A stretch of 64,000 nucleotides of DNA, taken from the IMG/VR virus record IMGVR_UViG_3300042431_000223, positions 1 to 64,000 of that record, one strand, 5' to 3'. Positions 1 to 8,640 of the stretch are shown piece after piece. Source of the DNA: a virus. Lineage: Duplodnaviria > Caudoviricetes. Position 1 is the stretch's first letter. Each line of letters begins with the position of its first letter. Position numbers and translations under genes: made by a program. Below the pieces are notes generated by a model that was given only the letters and a program-made list of their open reading frames with translations, was not told the origin of the DNA and made no database searches.

Positions 1-382
1 TCTCATATGCCTCAAGTAATCTCCACGCACCTCTGTTAAGTTTCTCGTGTTGTAAGATACAATTCAAGTAAGAGAAGGTCTGCCACAGAGTTTCTCTAGT
101 ACAGTTAAAGTCAGCTGCTGGTGCACAATGTCCTTTGTCCCATACATTTCCTTCGTAGTCTTTTCCGTCTGAGGTCTTAACACTATCGTTGGTGTAAAAG
201 TCCATTCCCTTACGAGGATAAGAACCTGTAGGGCATTGTACTGTGTACCACACACGTTTAGGTTGTTGGAGAACCTCTGAGTATACACAAGAGTATATTG
301 GGGTCTTGATTAGAACGCTATCTCTCTGGGCAAATAACTGACCAGACAAAAGAACAACTAGAGTTAATAATAAGTTTTTCAT
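1..382 (-). CDS. Secreted DNA/RNA non-specific endonuclease (NucA/EndA/EndoG beta-beta-alpha-Me family); 3' end runs off the window
   Basis: Not in the ORF track. Manual translation from ATG at 382: MKNLLLTLVVLLSGQLFA|QRDSVLIKTPIYSCVYSEVLQQPKRVWY...WDKGHCAPAADF...TFSYLNCILQHEKLNRGAWRLLEAYE, open to the edge. The DKGH motif (128-139), APAADF, TF.Y.N and LNRG.W..LE are family hallmarks. Sec signal peptide present. ATGA overlap with the upstream gene. Confidence 0.88.
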   Translation of the reverse strand, partial: MKNLLLTLVVLLSGQLFAQRDSVLIKTPIYSCVYSEVLQQPKRVWYTVQCPTGSYPRKGMDFYTNDSVKTSDGKDYEGNVWDKGHCAPAADFNCTRETLWQTFSYLNCILQHEKLNRGAWRLLEAYE

Positions 383-768
383 AAGATAAATCCAAGGATT
401 GCTAGGATAGACATACCTACAAAACCATACTTGTAAAGCTTCATCTCTGCATCCTTACGGTCAATGGTTCTATTAAGGTCATAGACTTCTTTTTTAGACA
501 CCTCAATCATCTGTTGATAACTAGGTACAATAGAGTCTTTGTAGAGACTGATTTGCTGACTGTCCAGGTGGATAACAGTCTTAAGAACAACTACACGTTC
601 TCTTGCTTTGATTCCCTTAAGGAATTCGTTATTCAACTCCTTTAGCGGTAAGCTGTCTAGAGATTGTGAGTAGATACTTGGTGCCGTCAATGTCAGGCAT
701 AGTATCAAGAGCAATCTGAATAGTGTCATACTTGAGGTTGATTTTTTCATAGTAACTAAATTGTTCAT
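379..768 (-). CDS. Spanin-like lysis accessory protein (signal peptide, coiled coil, C-terminal TM); true start probably 729 or 750
   Basis: Hydrophobic N-terminal segment (FRLLLILCLTLTAPSIYS|Q), helical middle, C-terminal TM (YGFVGMSILAILGFIL). Overlaps the upstream TM gene and lies two genes after the holin. Confidence 0.5.
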   Translation of the reverse strand: MNNLVTMKKSTSSMTLFRLLLILCLTLTAPSIYSQSLDSLPLKELNNEFLKGIKARERVVVLKTVIHLDSQQISLYKDSIVPSYQQMIEVSKKEVYDLNRTIDRKDAEMKLYKYGFVGMSILAILGFIL

Positions 769-949
769 GTTTAAGTGTAGATAAAGAATCTACCCTACTG
801 AGGAAACTTTCGTTGCGTTTCTCCATAGAGTCCATGTACGACATAAACTTCTCTTCACTACCGCTACTTAAACTTTGTCTTTCCCATAACAAAAAAACTA
901 TTGTGATTAGTAGTAGCCCTATAACAATAACTTCAATCTTGTTTTTCAT
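629..949 (-). CDS. i-spanin-like protein (N-terminal TM anchor, periplasmic coiled coil)
   Basis: IEVIVIGLLLITIVFLLW TM followed by an amphipathic helix; immediately downstream of the holin. Confidence 0.55.
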   Translation of the reverse strand: MKNKIEVIVIGLLLITIVFLLWERQSLSSGSEEKFMSYMDSMEKRNESFLSRVDSLSTLKHEQFSYYEKINLKYDTIQIALDTMPDIDGTKYLLTISRQLTAKGVE

Positions 950-1352
950 TTACTTTATGTTGGTCGATTTTATCTAAGATTAACTGCAGTAACTCATTCT
1001 TTATCAACCCTGCCCTAGCTGCGTTCTTGAGTGCACTTATAAGCTGAAAGAGAATAAAGGGAGCACAAATAGTCTCACTTAGCCAGAAAGTGCCCTCAAA
1101 GCCCTTCTCAATCATCAAGATACCTGTAAGCATAAATACCCACACCATTAAAGTTTTAAGCACGCTAAGAGCCTTATGCGTCTTAAAGCCTTCCATCTTA
1201 GTTCCTGCCCATACCCCAAAGAATCCATCTATAAACACAACAGCAACTACAGCTAAGTACTGTTCAGCATTATCTGCTCCTAGATTAAGGAAGTAAGCTC
1301 CTAAAAAAGCTAAGAGAGTTGTACTTGTGTATAAGAGAAAAGAGGTCTTCAT
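933..1352 (-). CDS. Phage holin (Phage_holin_4_1-like)
   Basis: 139 aa with 3-4 TM segments, a conserved-type 'VFIDGFFGVW' segment, 'FQLISALKNAARAGLI' and a charged C-terminus. Confidence 0.75.
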   Translation of the reverse strand: MKTSFLLYTSTTLLAFLGAYFLNLGADNAEQYLAVVAVVFIDGFFGVWAGTKMEGFKTHKALSVLKTLMVWVFMLTGILMIEKGFEGTFWLSETICAPFILFQLISALKNAARAGLIKNELLQLILDKIDQHKVNEKQD

Positions 1353-1391
1353 TTAACGGCCTATACCTATACCTATACCGATACCAATCAT
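1353..1391 (-). other. 12-codon mini-ORF MIGIGIGIGIGR*, possibly a relic N-terminus or a coupling peptide
   Basis: Its ATG overlaps the upstream stop (TAATG, 1393-1389). Its TAA (1355-1353) directly abuts, in frame, the holin ATG (1352). Contains a (CCTATA)3 repeat at 1360-1377. Confidence 0.5.
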
Positions 1392-1693
1392 TACTTGTAA
1401 GCAATTACACTACCTGAAGAGATAGCAAAACCAGTAATCACTCCTCCAGGAAGAAATGCTCCTTGCTTGAAGGTAATAGTACTCATACCATTGTTAGCCA
1501 ACTCAGAAACACCATTGACAAGAAATTCTGTGAATACAGTATCTTCTTGTACTACTAGTGCATTGTACCGTACGTTTGTTACAGTACCTGTGCTGTGGCG
1601 TTTAAAGCCTCCAGAGCCTACAGAAAGTCCTGTGTGTGCTGAAATCGCTCTTAAGCGTTTTGCTTGTTCGTTTACTTGTTGAAAATTATCCAT
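1391..1693 (-). CDS. Small beta-rich hypothetical protein, probably virion-associated
   Basis: 100 aa, Gly/Thr/Val-rich, ending SSGSVIAYK; first gene after the 1732-1761 promoter. Confidence 0.65.
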   Translation of the reverse strand: MDNFQQVNEQAKRLRAISAHTGLSVGSGGFKRHSTGTVTNVRYNALVVQEDTVFTEFLVNGVSELANNGMSTITFKQGAFLPGGVITGFAISSGSVIAYK

Positions 1694-1731
1694 TTTTTTT
1701 CGTTATTAAAACCGACTTGCGTCCGACATTA

Positions 1732-1761
1732 CAAATTTAACTTTAATTGTTCTTTTGTCAA
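1732..1761 (-). promoter_or_regulatory. Bacteroidota sigma70-type promoter for the lysis cassette
   Basis: Minus strand TTG(1761-1759)-N19-TAAATTTG(1739-1732), an exact match to the Flavobacterium-type consensus; intergenic. Confidence 0.8.
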
Positions 1762-1770
1762 GTATAAAAA

Positions 1771-4700
1771 TTAATCTATTGGTAATTGAGAAGTCTGTTC
1801 TTTTATTCTTGCGTCCTCTTCTTCTTTGTACGCCTTACGGATATCTGCATCTTTCTGTCCTATTTGTATTCCTCTTAGCTGTAAGTAAAGAGATGCTCTT
1901 GCTTCATTTTCATACAACTCTTGGCTTTTTTGAAATTTAGGCTTAGAGTATCCTGTAACACTTTCTGTCATAGAGTCAAAGAAATCTGATCTTGATTTAC
2001 CTATTGCTGCGGCTGCTCTCTTATTTTCTTCGTAGTTTCTTAAGTAAGCGTAACCTTCTTTTGAACTAAGTAATCTGTCTCTTTCTGCAGACAACAAAGA
2101 TACCTCTTGGAGGATTTTAGCTATTTCATCATTGTCAGCTAAGTTCATTTTATAGTTTAAAAGTGTTTCATTCGGAACTGCTGTTACTTTATCTTTTTTA
2201 GGATTGTAGTCATATCTTAAAATATTTTTTTCTACAGCCATAAGATCTTCTGCACTTAGTCTATTAAAGTTTTTCTCTAACTCATCTAATCTAGAAAGAA
2301 TAGTGTTCATTTGTCCGACAGGATTAGTTAATCCAGGAGCAGGAGTAAACGAAACTTGTTGAATTAGTTTAGTACCAAAGTCCATACTCTTAATACCAAC
2401 TTCAACACCACTCACTTTACTTAATCCTACTGCCCAAGCACTCTCACCTTCGTAGGCTTTAACTCTTGCATGTGGAAGAACATAACCGTATCCATCTCCG
2501 CTAATCTCTGCATAGGGTTCATCAAAGATATCTCCAAAGGTACCTTTACCTTCATACCATCTCTTAGCATCTCTTGGAATTGTTCCTATTGTTTTACCTA
2601 TTAAACCATAGCCGTCTAAGATTTTATCGATAGCATTTATTTGTTGTCCAAATAAAGCTGTGTAACCTACTCGAAACGCTTTAGAACCTAGACCCTCTTT
2701 TTCGTAACTCTTCTTTAATGGGTCAGTTTTAAACTTATTATACTGGATTAAAGGAGAATATACTGGGTTTAATGTACCTGCATATTCATTAAATGAACCA
2801 AGAAGAAGTATTGCTAATAAGTACTTTTCCCAATCTTGTTCATCATCGTCACCTGCTCCTTTTAGTGCAGCCATAGCAACATTAGCAAAGTAGTAAGAAA
2901 GCGTATACATAATAGTAGAAGCACCCATGTGTTGTATTACTCTGCTTGTAGCTTCTTTTTCTCTTTCACTCCATCTGTAATCCATAGACAGACTCTTTCC
3001 TTTTGTGTTTAATCCTAGTACACTACGACGAAGTGCTCCCATAAATACACCGTATGAACCTTCATCAAGTCTACCTGTAGTTACAGAGAACTTCTTACCT
3101 CCGTATAAGTTAGCTGCTTGTGGCCAAAACCAAGATTTCATAGTAAAGATAAGTTTCATCCAAACTATACTTTCATAATGTGCTCTACCTCTTCTGAAAT
3201 AGTTACCTTGAGTTGATGTATACAATTGGAAGACTTGGTCCCTTACATAGTTTTCTATCTGACGTAGTTTTTCTATTTTTTCTCCAATAGCTTTTTCTTC
3301 AGCTTTAATCTTCGCACCAAACTTAACATCAATCTCTTTGCTTAACTGTACTTGTTGTACTGGTTTTAACTTTTTGTAATCTGTTACATTATTCTTAAGG
3401 AGGTAATCAGCTATAAATTCATTTCTTTGTGTAACTAACTCGTTTAAACGTGCTCTGCTTATTCCAAGAACTCCATCTTTAGGAACAAGTACACCATCGA
3501 CATAATCATAAGCGTCTTTTAATTTTATCTGGTATCCAGGAGGAGTGTTAGGTCCTGTAAAATCTACATAAGTTTTAGCCATTATACCTTCATAAACTCC
3601 TAATGTAGATATGGCTTCGTTAGAAGAAAACCACTGAGCATTAAAATTATCTGCGTTTAGATATCTAGTTACAAATCCTGAATTGATAGAACGGTATAAG
3701 TTAGTAGGATCTGCTAAAGGAATTGCTCTAAAGTAGATTAGTTGAGCTAAATAAGGACTTAGTTTATCTATACCTTGCTCAAGTCCAATCAACTCTGATC
3801 TATGCTTTGCAGCTCTTGCCATACCCATAAGCATCTCTTGTTTACTTAAACCAAACTTGGATGAGTTACCTGTAGCATTAAGAATGTTTGCAACAACATT
3901 TTTAGGCATACGTAATGGGTTATATCTTAATACAAACTTTTGAAATCTATTAGTGATGTGGTTAATTGCTCTATTTACAACTCGTCCTATTGCACTGTTT
4001 CCTCCACCTCGTAAGGTTGCACCGTAAAAAAACTTTTCTATCTGGTCATCTATTTGGTCTAAGATAAGTTCTTTTTGAGTTGTGTTTCCTCCTGATTTAA
4101 ATTTATTCCAAACCGCTCTTATTTTACTTGTATCTTGAGCAGGCACTTCTTGAGCTTTTTCAGCAAAAGAGTCTCTCAACGCAAATATAGTAGGTAAGGC
4201 TTTTTGTAGTCCTTTAAACTCTGCTGTGTACGTAGAGAAAGCTGCAAGTGCTTGAAGAATGTTATCAGTAGAATCAATTGCCGACAAGGGTTCTTTGTAT
4301 CTTGTTTTAATCAGACGAACATTTTTACCTCTACCCTTTATTTGAGATTCTTTACGAGACTGTAGAATATCTTCTTCAATCTCTTCATCTCCCATACCTG
4401 GAACGTTGGCCTTTAAAAAAAGCTTTAAAGAACTAAATGCAGAGTAAAGTTTATAAAGAGGTCTTCTATAATCTGAAACTTCTTCCTTGTTGTCTTTAGT
4501 TACGTTAGGCATTACGTAACCTTTTAATCTCTGTCCTACTGGAAGCATACGTTGGTCGTCCTCATAGATATCTAAAATATCCTGCATGATAGACTTTTCT
4601 TCGTCGTCTAACTTATCGTAATCTTGGTTTACATACTTGCTATCTTTTGCATCTTTTCTTGGTCTTGCTTGTCCCGAGAATTTGTAGTTAGGATTTTTGT

Positions 4701-7700
4701 ACTCAGATCTAATACGAGGAGTTGACCAATCAAAACTAGGACTATCACGATTTATATACGTTTCATCGTTAGGTATAGTCTTTCTCCAAATATAGATAGG
4801 ACGAATCTCTGTAACTGTTCTTGTTCCAAAATCCCCATCCTTTACCTCATACGTAATAGCAATATGATTATCATTATACCAGTCTGTTTTTTTGACTCTA
4901 TTGTTTAACTCAATCTCAGTTAATAGGTTATTAAACTTATCTATGATAGCTTGTCTATCACTTTCTTGTGGAGGATAGTCTTCTCTATTTCTTCCTACAA
5001 AGAAATCGCCCTCAAGAAAGTTCTTAGAACTAAGAAGGGCGTCAAAGTAAGGCTCAAACGATTCTGGATTTGCTAAAAACAAATCTGCAAGGTCACTAGC
5101 TTTTTTATTGATTTGATTTCTTTCGTCCTGAGTCAACCTAGAGCGTAACTTGTCCTTAACAACTCTTATAGTTTCTCCGTAGTAAGGAGTAGTTACTTTA
5201 GATTGAAGAGAGTATAAACTTTTGAACAATCCATTTAACGCAGCTTGGTCGGCTTCCGAAATAGTAGTGCTCTCTTTAACTTCTTTCTTTAAGTCTTCTA
5301 TAGATTGCTCTATGTCTTTGATAGTCTTTCCTAATCCTGGATTAATTAAGTTACCTTGTATTGTTCCGTCTGAGTCTCTAAAGCCACGTACAGCACTAAA
5401 CAATCTTTCGTACTTCTCAGTAACTTCAGGATTACTATTATACTTAGACAGAATTGCTTTTATTTGCTCTGTAATGTTTTGTTGTTTTTCGAAGAACTGA
5501 GGTTTAATCTCAACTCTTGTGTTTGCTTCTAACCATTCCTGTTGTTTTTTAGTTTCTACTGCTAGTTGATGTTTCTTTTCACTAACTAAAGCTTGAAAAC
5601 TTTCTATACGGTTATAGTCGTTAGCTGCTTGAGCTAAGTCTATTTGGTCATTAAGTTCACTGATTTGAGCTTTGAGGTTTGAAATTGTTTTTTCAAATCT
5701 GTCTTTGATTTGAGTAAACTTAGTTAGTGCATCTTCGCCAATTACAAACTCAATTACATCTAACTCTTTTCTTGCTTTGTTATAAGCTAAGATAGATTCT
5801 GCAATCTGTCTTTCTTTACTTCCTACTGGTTTTTCTGTTCCATCCTCATTAAATATTGAACCTAGTCTTACGTAATCACGTCTTAACTTGGCTCTCATTT
5901 CTCTTACTGTAGGATTCTTTTCTGATGCGCTTCCTTGTACAGGGTTAGTAATCTCTGCGTCTAAATCGTCATCTCCAAATACACTACTATAAAGTTCTAT
6001 TTCTTTTAAGATTTCAGCACGAGCATTACGAGCATCATCAGTAAGAAGTTTTTCTGCCGTGTAATACTCATCTACAAATTCACGCTCTGCGTAATCCTCA
6101 ATGAATGTAGTTAAGTTTAGTTCTGCTTTATCTATTCTATCTTGGTCTCCAGATTTTCTGGCTAGAATAAGTTCATTTGTTAAGTCACCTAAATCATTTT
6201 GAAACTCAGCTTCCAACATAGGGGTGTTGTATACTTTCTGAGTAATAATTGTAACCTTACCGTTCTTGTCGTAATACTTAACAGGAACTAATCTAAAGAA
6301 TCCTTGAAACTTGTCCCTAGTATTAGAAGACTTAATACTAAAAGTACCTTTAGCACTTTGTAGTATACTTCTTCCAATTCCTTTTTTCTTGTTTCTTGTT
6401 TCTATTCTTTTTTGTATTTCACGAATCTTTGCGTCTTTCTTAAGACTTTCGTTAGTAGCAGCAACAACATGGTCATTAATAAAAGCGTTTATAATATCAG
6501 GTATTACAACTCCTGAATGTCCTCCTACATTTATATAACGACTAAATATTGTCTCAGCTCCCATAGCTTGATCGGTAGCAGAAGTAAGTAATCTTATTAT
6601 ATTTTCAGTAGTTGGAGTAAATGAAAGTGCTTTGTTAATATCAGCTATCTGCTTTTTAGTTTCCTCAACAAGTTTTTTGTTCCCAATAGTTTCAAATCTA
6701 GCTAACTCTTCCTCAAGAAAAGCTAATTCTTTTCTAATAGGATGATTAGGATCTTTCATTTGATCTGCAATCAACTGAAATTTTGCAGCAACTACTTCAG
6801 CTACTGGACTAATTACTTCTTTTTTAGCTATGCTTCTTAAGTTATTAAGATTTTCTGTTGCTTTTTGTAGATTTTCTTTATAGGTAGCAATGTAACTGTC
6901 TATTGTGAGAATTTCTTTTTGGAGCGCTAATCTTTTTTCTGCAATTTGTTCTTGTCTTTCTTTAGTAAGTCCTTTAAAACTATCTTCTAACAACTGCTGT
7001 ACTAAGTTTGTTTCTAAACTTTGAGCTTGGTCTAACAGAGTTTCTGCTAAAATAATTGCACTATTAAGTTTCTTTAAATAAACTTCAGGTTCATAATGAG
7101 ATTTACCTTGACTCAAAGTTTTAATGTCACTAACAAGTTTGTTGGTAAATGTCTTTAACTCTTCCGTGTATTGTAATGTGGCTACAAGACTATCGGCGAT
7201 ATCAGCTGTCGAAATCTTACCGAAGGTATCTTGCAAAGCATTAATAGCTCTTAACTCAAGAGTTTCTTTACCTGCTATTTCCCCAAGATTTTGTCTTAGT
7301 TGATTCCAAATACCACTATCAACATTTGAGTCGATGTAATCATAAAATCCTGTAAGTCGAGCAGAAATTTCAGACTTACTTTGTCTTTGTGCAAAGGGTT
7401 GACTAAATCGAATTTGATTTTCTGCAAGACTGTCTGGAAAGTCTTGTAGAGTCATTAAGTAATCAAAGTAATCATTAAGAGTTTCTTGTACTTGATCAAA
7501 CATGGTTTTACCCATATCCTTAAACAAGTACCGATTAAAGAAAGACTTAATGCTATTCCACATCCTATCTAAGAAACTAAACTGAGACTTTCTTTGGTAC
7601 TCAGCTTGTTGCATACGTTCTCTAAAATATGGGTTAGATAAAAACTCTGCTAAAAACTCTTCTATGTTTTTAAAGCCATACTCGTTTTGTAACTCTGGGT

Positions 7701-8598
7701 AATATGCTTGGTACGTAGTAAAGTACTTTTCCATCTCTTGTACAAATTGTACCTCCTGAGCATTTCTAGGATTGTTTAAGATAGATAAAGTAAATGCGTG
7801 AATAGTCTCGTGAATAATCTCTCTGGCTAAAAACTTATTATTAACTGGAGTAAAAGTAGACTTAGCAATGTGTATTGTATTTGTCTTTGGATCATAAAAT
7901 GATCTTTGATACTCATCAGTCAAATAGATGTCATCAAACAACGCTAACTTTAGTGTAGGGTTTGTTTCCATTAACGGAGACAACTTTCTAAGTATCTCTT
8001 GTTGAAATGGTTCTAGCTCTGCATTGTTTGCTAAGTTATCAATTAACTCTTTTAAAGTTGCATTGTTAAAATCTGCTACAGAGTCTATAACAAATTTAGG
8101 AAACTTAAATTTTTCTAATAAATCCTTACTTATTGGCTGTTGCCTTTTCTCTCCTACCTTTGGCTTTACTGCTAATTGATATCCTCCTGGTACGCTGATA
8201 ACTTCGTGGTCTATCATATCAAACTTAGGATTCATTTGAATCTCAAAGCCGATGTTATCAAAACCCTGTGGTGTCTCTAGAGTTACTCCTAAGTAACCCA
8301 ATCCACCTAACTCATCAATTTGTTCTGCTGCTTGTAATTGTTCTTCAGGTAAGTTTAATCTAAGATGTCTATTGATTTCTCGGATCTTAGGTTCCCCTGC
8401 ATAGTTTATTTTATTACTTGCTCCTATGTGGGGCTTAGTCCAGTCAAAACCTAAATTAGCTTTAAACGTATCTGAGGTAATAGCCTCATAAATTTTCTTA
8501 CCTTCCTCTTGTGGGTACAAAGAAGTAAGTTGATAATATGCAGAACTAACTACATCTTTCCCATTTACAGGGGATTTTATTTTCGCAATACAAGACAT
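1771..8598 (-). CDS. Giant ejected cargo protein (2275 aa) with an N-terminal zincin-like metallopeptidase domain
   Basis: REIIHETIHAF (HExxH, 7798-7812) plus downstream KNIEEFLAEF. Long coiled coils and a C-terminal hydrophobic segment. Third of three giant genes typical of crAss-like phages. Its only Cys is residue 3. Confidence 0.85.
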   Translation of the reverse strand: MSCIAKIKSPVNGKDVVSSAYYQLTSLYPQEEGKKIYEAITSDTFKANLGFDWTKPHIGASNKINYAGEPKIREINRHLRLNLPEEQLQAAEQIDELGGLGYLGVTLETPQGFDNIGFEIQMNPKFDMIDHEVISVPGGYQLAVKPKVGEKRQQPISKDLLEKFKFPKFVIDSVADFNNATLKELIDNLANNAELEPFQQEILRKLSPLMETNPTLKLALFDDIYLTDEYQRSFYDPKTNTIHIAKSTFTPVNNKFLAREIIHETIHAFTLSILNNPRNAQEVQFVQEMEKYFTTYQAYYPELQNEYGFKNIEEFLAEFLSNPYFRERMQQAEYQRKSQFSFLDRMWNSIKSFFNRYLFKDMGKTMFDQVQETLNDYFDYLMTLQDFPDSLAENQIRFSQPFAQRQSKSEISARLTGFYDYIDSNVDSGIWNQLRQNLGEIAGKETLELRAINALQDTFGKISTADIADSLVATLQYTEELKTFTNKLVSDIKTLSQGKSHYEPEVYLKKLNSAIILAETLLDQAQSLETNLVQQLLEDSFKGLTKERQEQIAEKRLALQKEILTIDSYIATYKENLQKATENLNNLRSIAKKEVISPVAEVVAAKFQLIADQMKDPNHPIRKELAFLEEELARFETIGNKKLVEETKKQIADINKALSFTPTTENIIRLLTSATDQAMGAETIFSRYINVGGHSGVVIPDIINAFINDHVVAATNESLKKDAKIREIQKRIETRNKKKGIGRSILQSAKGTFSIKSSNTRDKFQGFFRLVPVKYYDKNGKVTIITQKVYNTPMLEAEFQNDLGDLTNELILARKSGDQDRIDKAELNLTTFIEDYAEREFVDEYYTAEKLLTDDARNARAEILKEIELYSSVFGDDDLDAEITNPVQGSASEKNPTVREMRAKLRRDYVRLGSIFNEDGTEKPVGSKERQIAESILAYNKARKELDVIEFVIGEDALTKFTQIKDRFEKTISNLKAQISELNDQIDLAQAANDYNRIESFQALVSEKKHQLAVETKKQQEWLEANTRVEIKPQFFEKQQNITEQIKAILSKYNSNPEVTEKYERLFSAVRGFRDSDGTIQGNLINPGLGKTIKDIEQSIEDLKKEVKESTTISEADQAALNGLFKSLYSLQSKVTTPYYGETIRVVKDKLRSRLTQDERNQINKKASDLADLFLANPESFEPYFDALLSSKNFLEGDFFVGRNREDYPPQESDRQAIIDKFNNLLTEIELNNRVKKTDWYNDNHIAITYEVKDGDFGTRTVTEIRPIYIWRKTIPNDETYINRDSPSFDWSTPRIRSEYKNPNYKFSGQARPRKDAKDSKYVNQDYDKLDDEEKSIMQDILDIYEDDQRMLPVGQRLKGYVMPNVTKDNKEEVSDYRRPLYKLYSAFSSLKLFLKANVPGMGDEEIEEDILQSRKESQIKGRGKNVRLIKTRYKEPLSAIDSTDNILQALAAFSTYTAEFKGLQKALPTIFALRDSFAEKAQEVPAQDTSKIRAVWNKFKSGGNTTQKELILDQIDDQIEKFFYGATLRGGGNSAIGRVVNRAINHITNRFQKFVLRYNPLRMPKNVVANILNATGNSSKFGLSKQEMLMGMARAAKHRSELIGLEQGIDKLSPYLAQLIYFRAIPLADPTNLYRSINSGFVTRYLNADNFNAQWFSSNEAISTLGVYEGIMAKTYVDFTGPNTPPGYQIKLKDAYDYVDGVLVPKDGVLGISRARLNELVTQRNEFIADYLLKNNVTDYKKLKPVQQVQLSKEIDVKFGAKIKAEEKAIGEKIEKLRQIENYVRDQVFQLYTSTQGNYFRRGRAHYESIVWMKLIFTMKSWFWPQAANLYGGKKFSVTTGRLDEGSYGVFMGALRRSVLGLNTKGKSLSMDYRWSEREKEATSRVIQHMGASTIMYTLSYYFANVAMAALKGAGDDDEQDWEKYLLAILLLGSFNEYAGTLNPVYSPLIQYNKFKTDPLKKSYEKEGLGSKAFRVGYTALFGQQINAIDKILDGYGLIGKTIGTIPRDAKRWYEGKGTFGDIFDEPYAEISGDGYGYVLPHARVKAYEGESAWAVGLSKVSGVEVGIKSMDFGTKLIQQVSFTPAPGLTNPVGQMNTILSRLDELEKNFNRLSAEDLMAVEKNILRYDYNPKKDKVTAVPNETLLNYKMNLADNDEIAKILQEVSLLSAERDRLLSSKEGYAYLRNYEENKRAAAAIGKSRSDFFDSMTESVTGYSKPKFQKSQELYENEARASLYLQLRGIQIGQKDADIRKAYKEEEDARIKEQTSQLPID

Positions 8599-8604
8599 TT
8601 GTTA

Positions 8605-8634
8605 CAAATTTAATTGATTTTAGAAGTAAAGCAA
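8605..8634 (-). promoter_or_regulatory. Bacteroidota sigma70-type promoter, likely giving a near-leaderless mRNA
   Basis: TTG(8634-8632)-N19-TAAATTTG(8612-8605); only 6 nt (TAACAA) separate it from the ATG at 8598. Confidence 0.78.
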
Positions 8635-8640
8635 TTTATG

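Noticed and set aside
64-288. 74-aa minus-strand ORF in the track
   Set aside because: It is an out-of-frame shadow inside the nuclease gene (382 to the edge), which has clear family motifs.
1706-1729. uORF MSDASRF* upstream of the lysis cassette
   Set aside because: Its ATG is only 2 nt from the -7 element, so it probably lies upstream of the transcription start.
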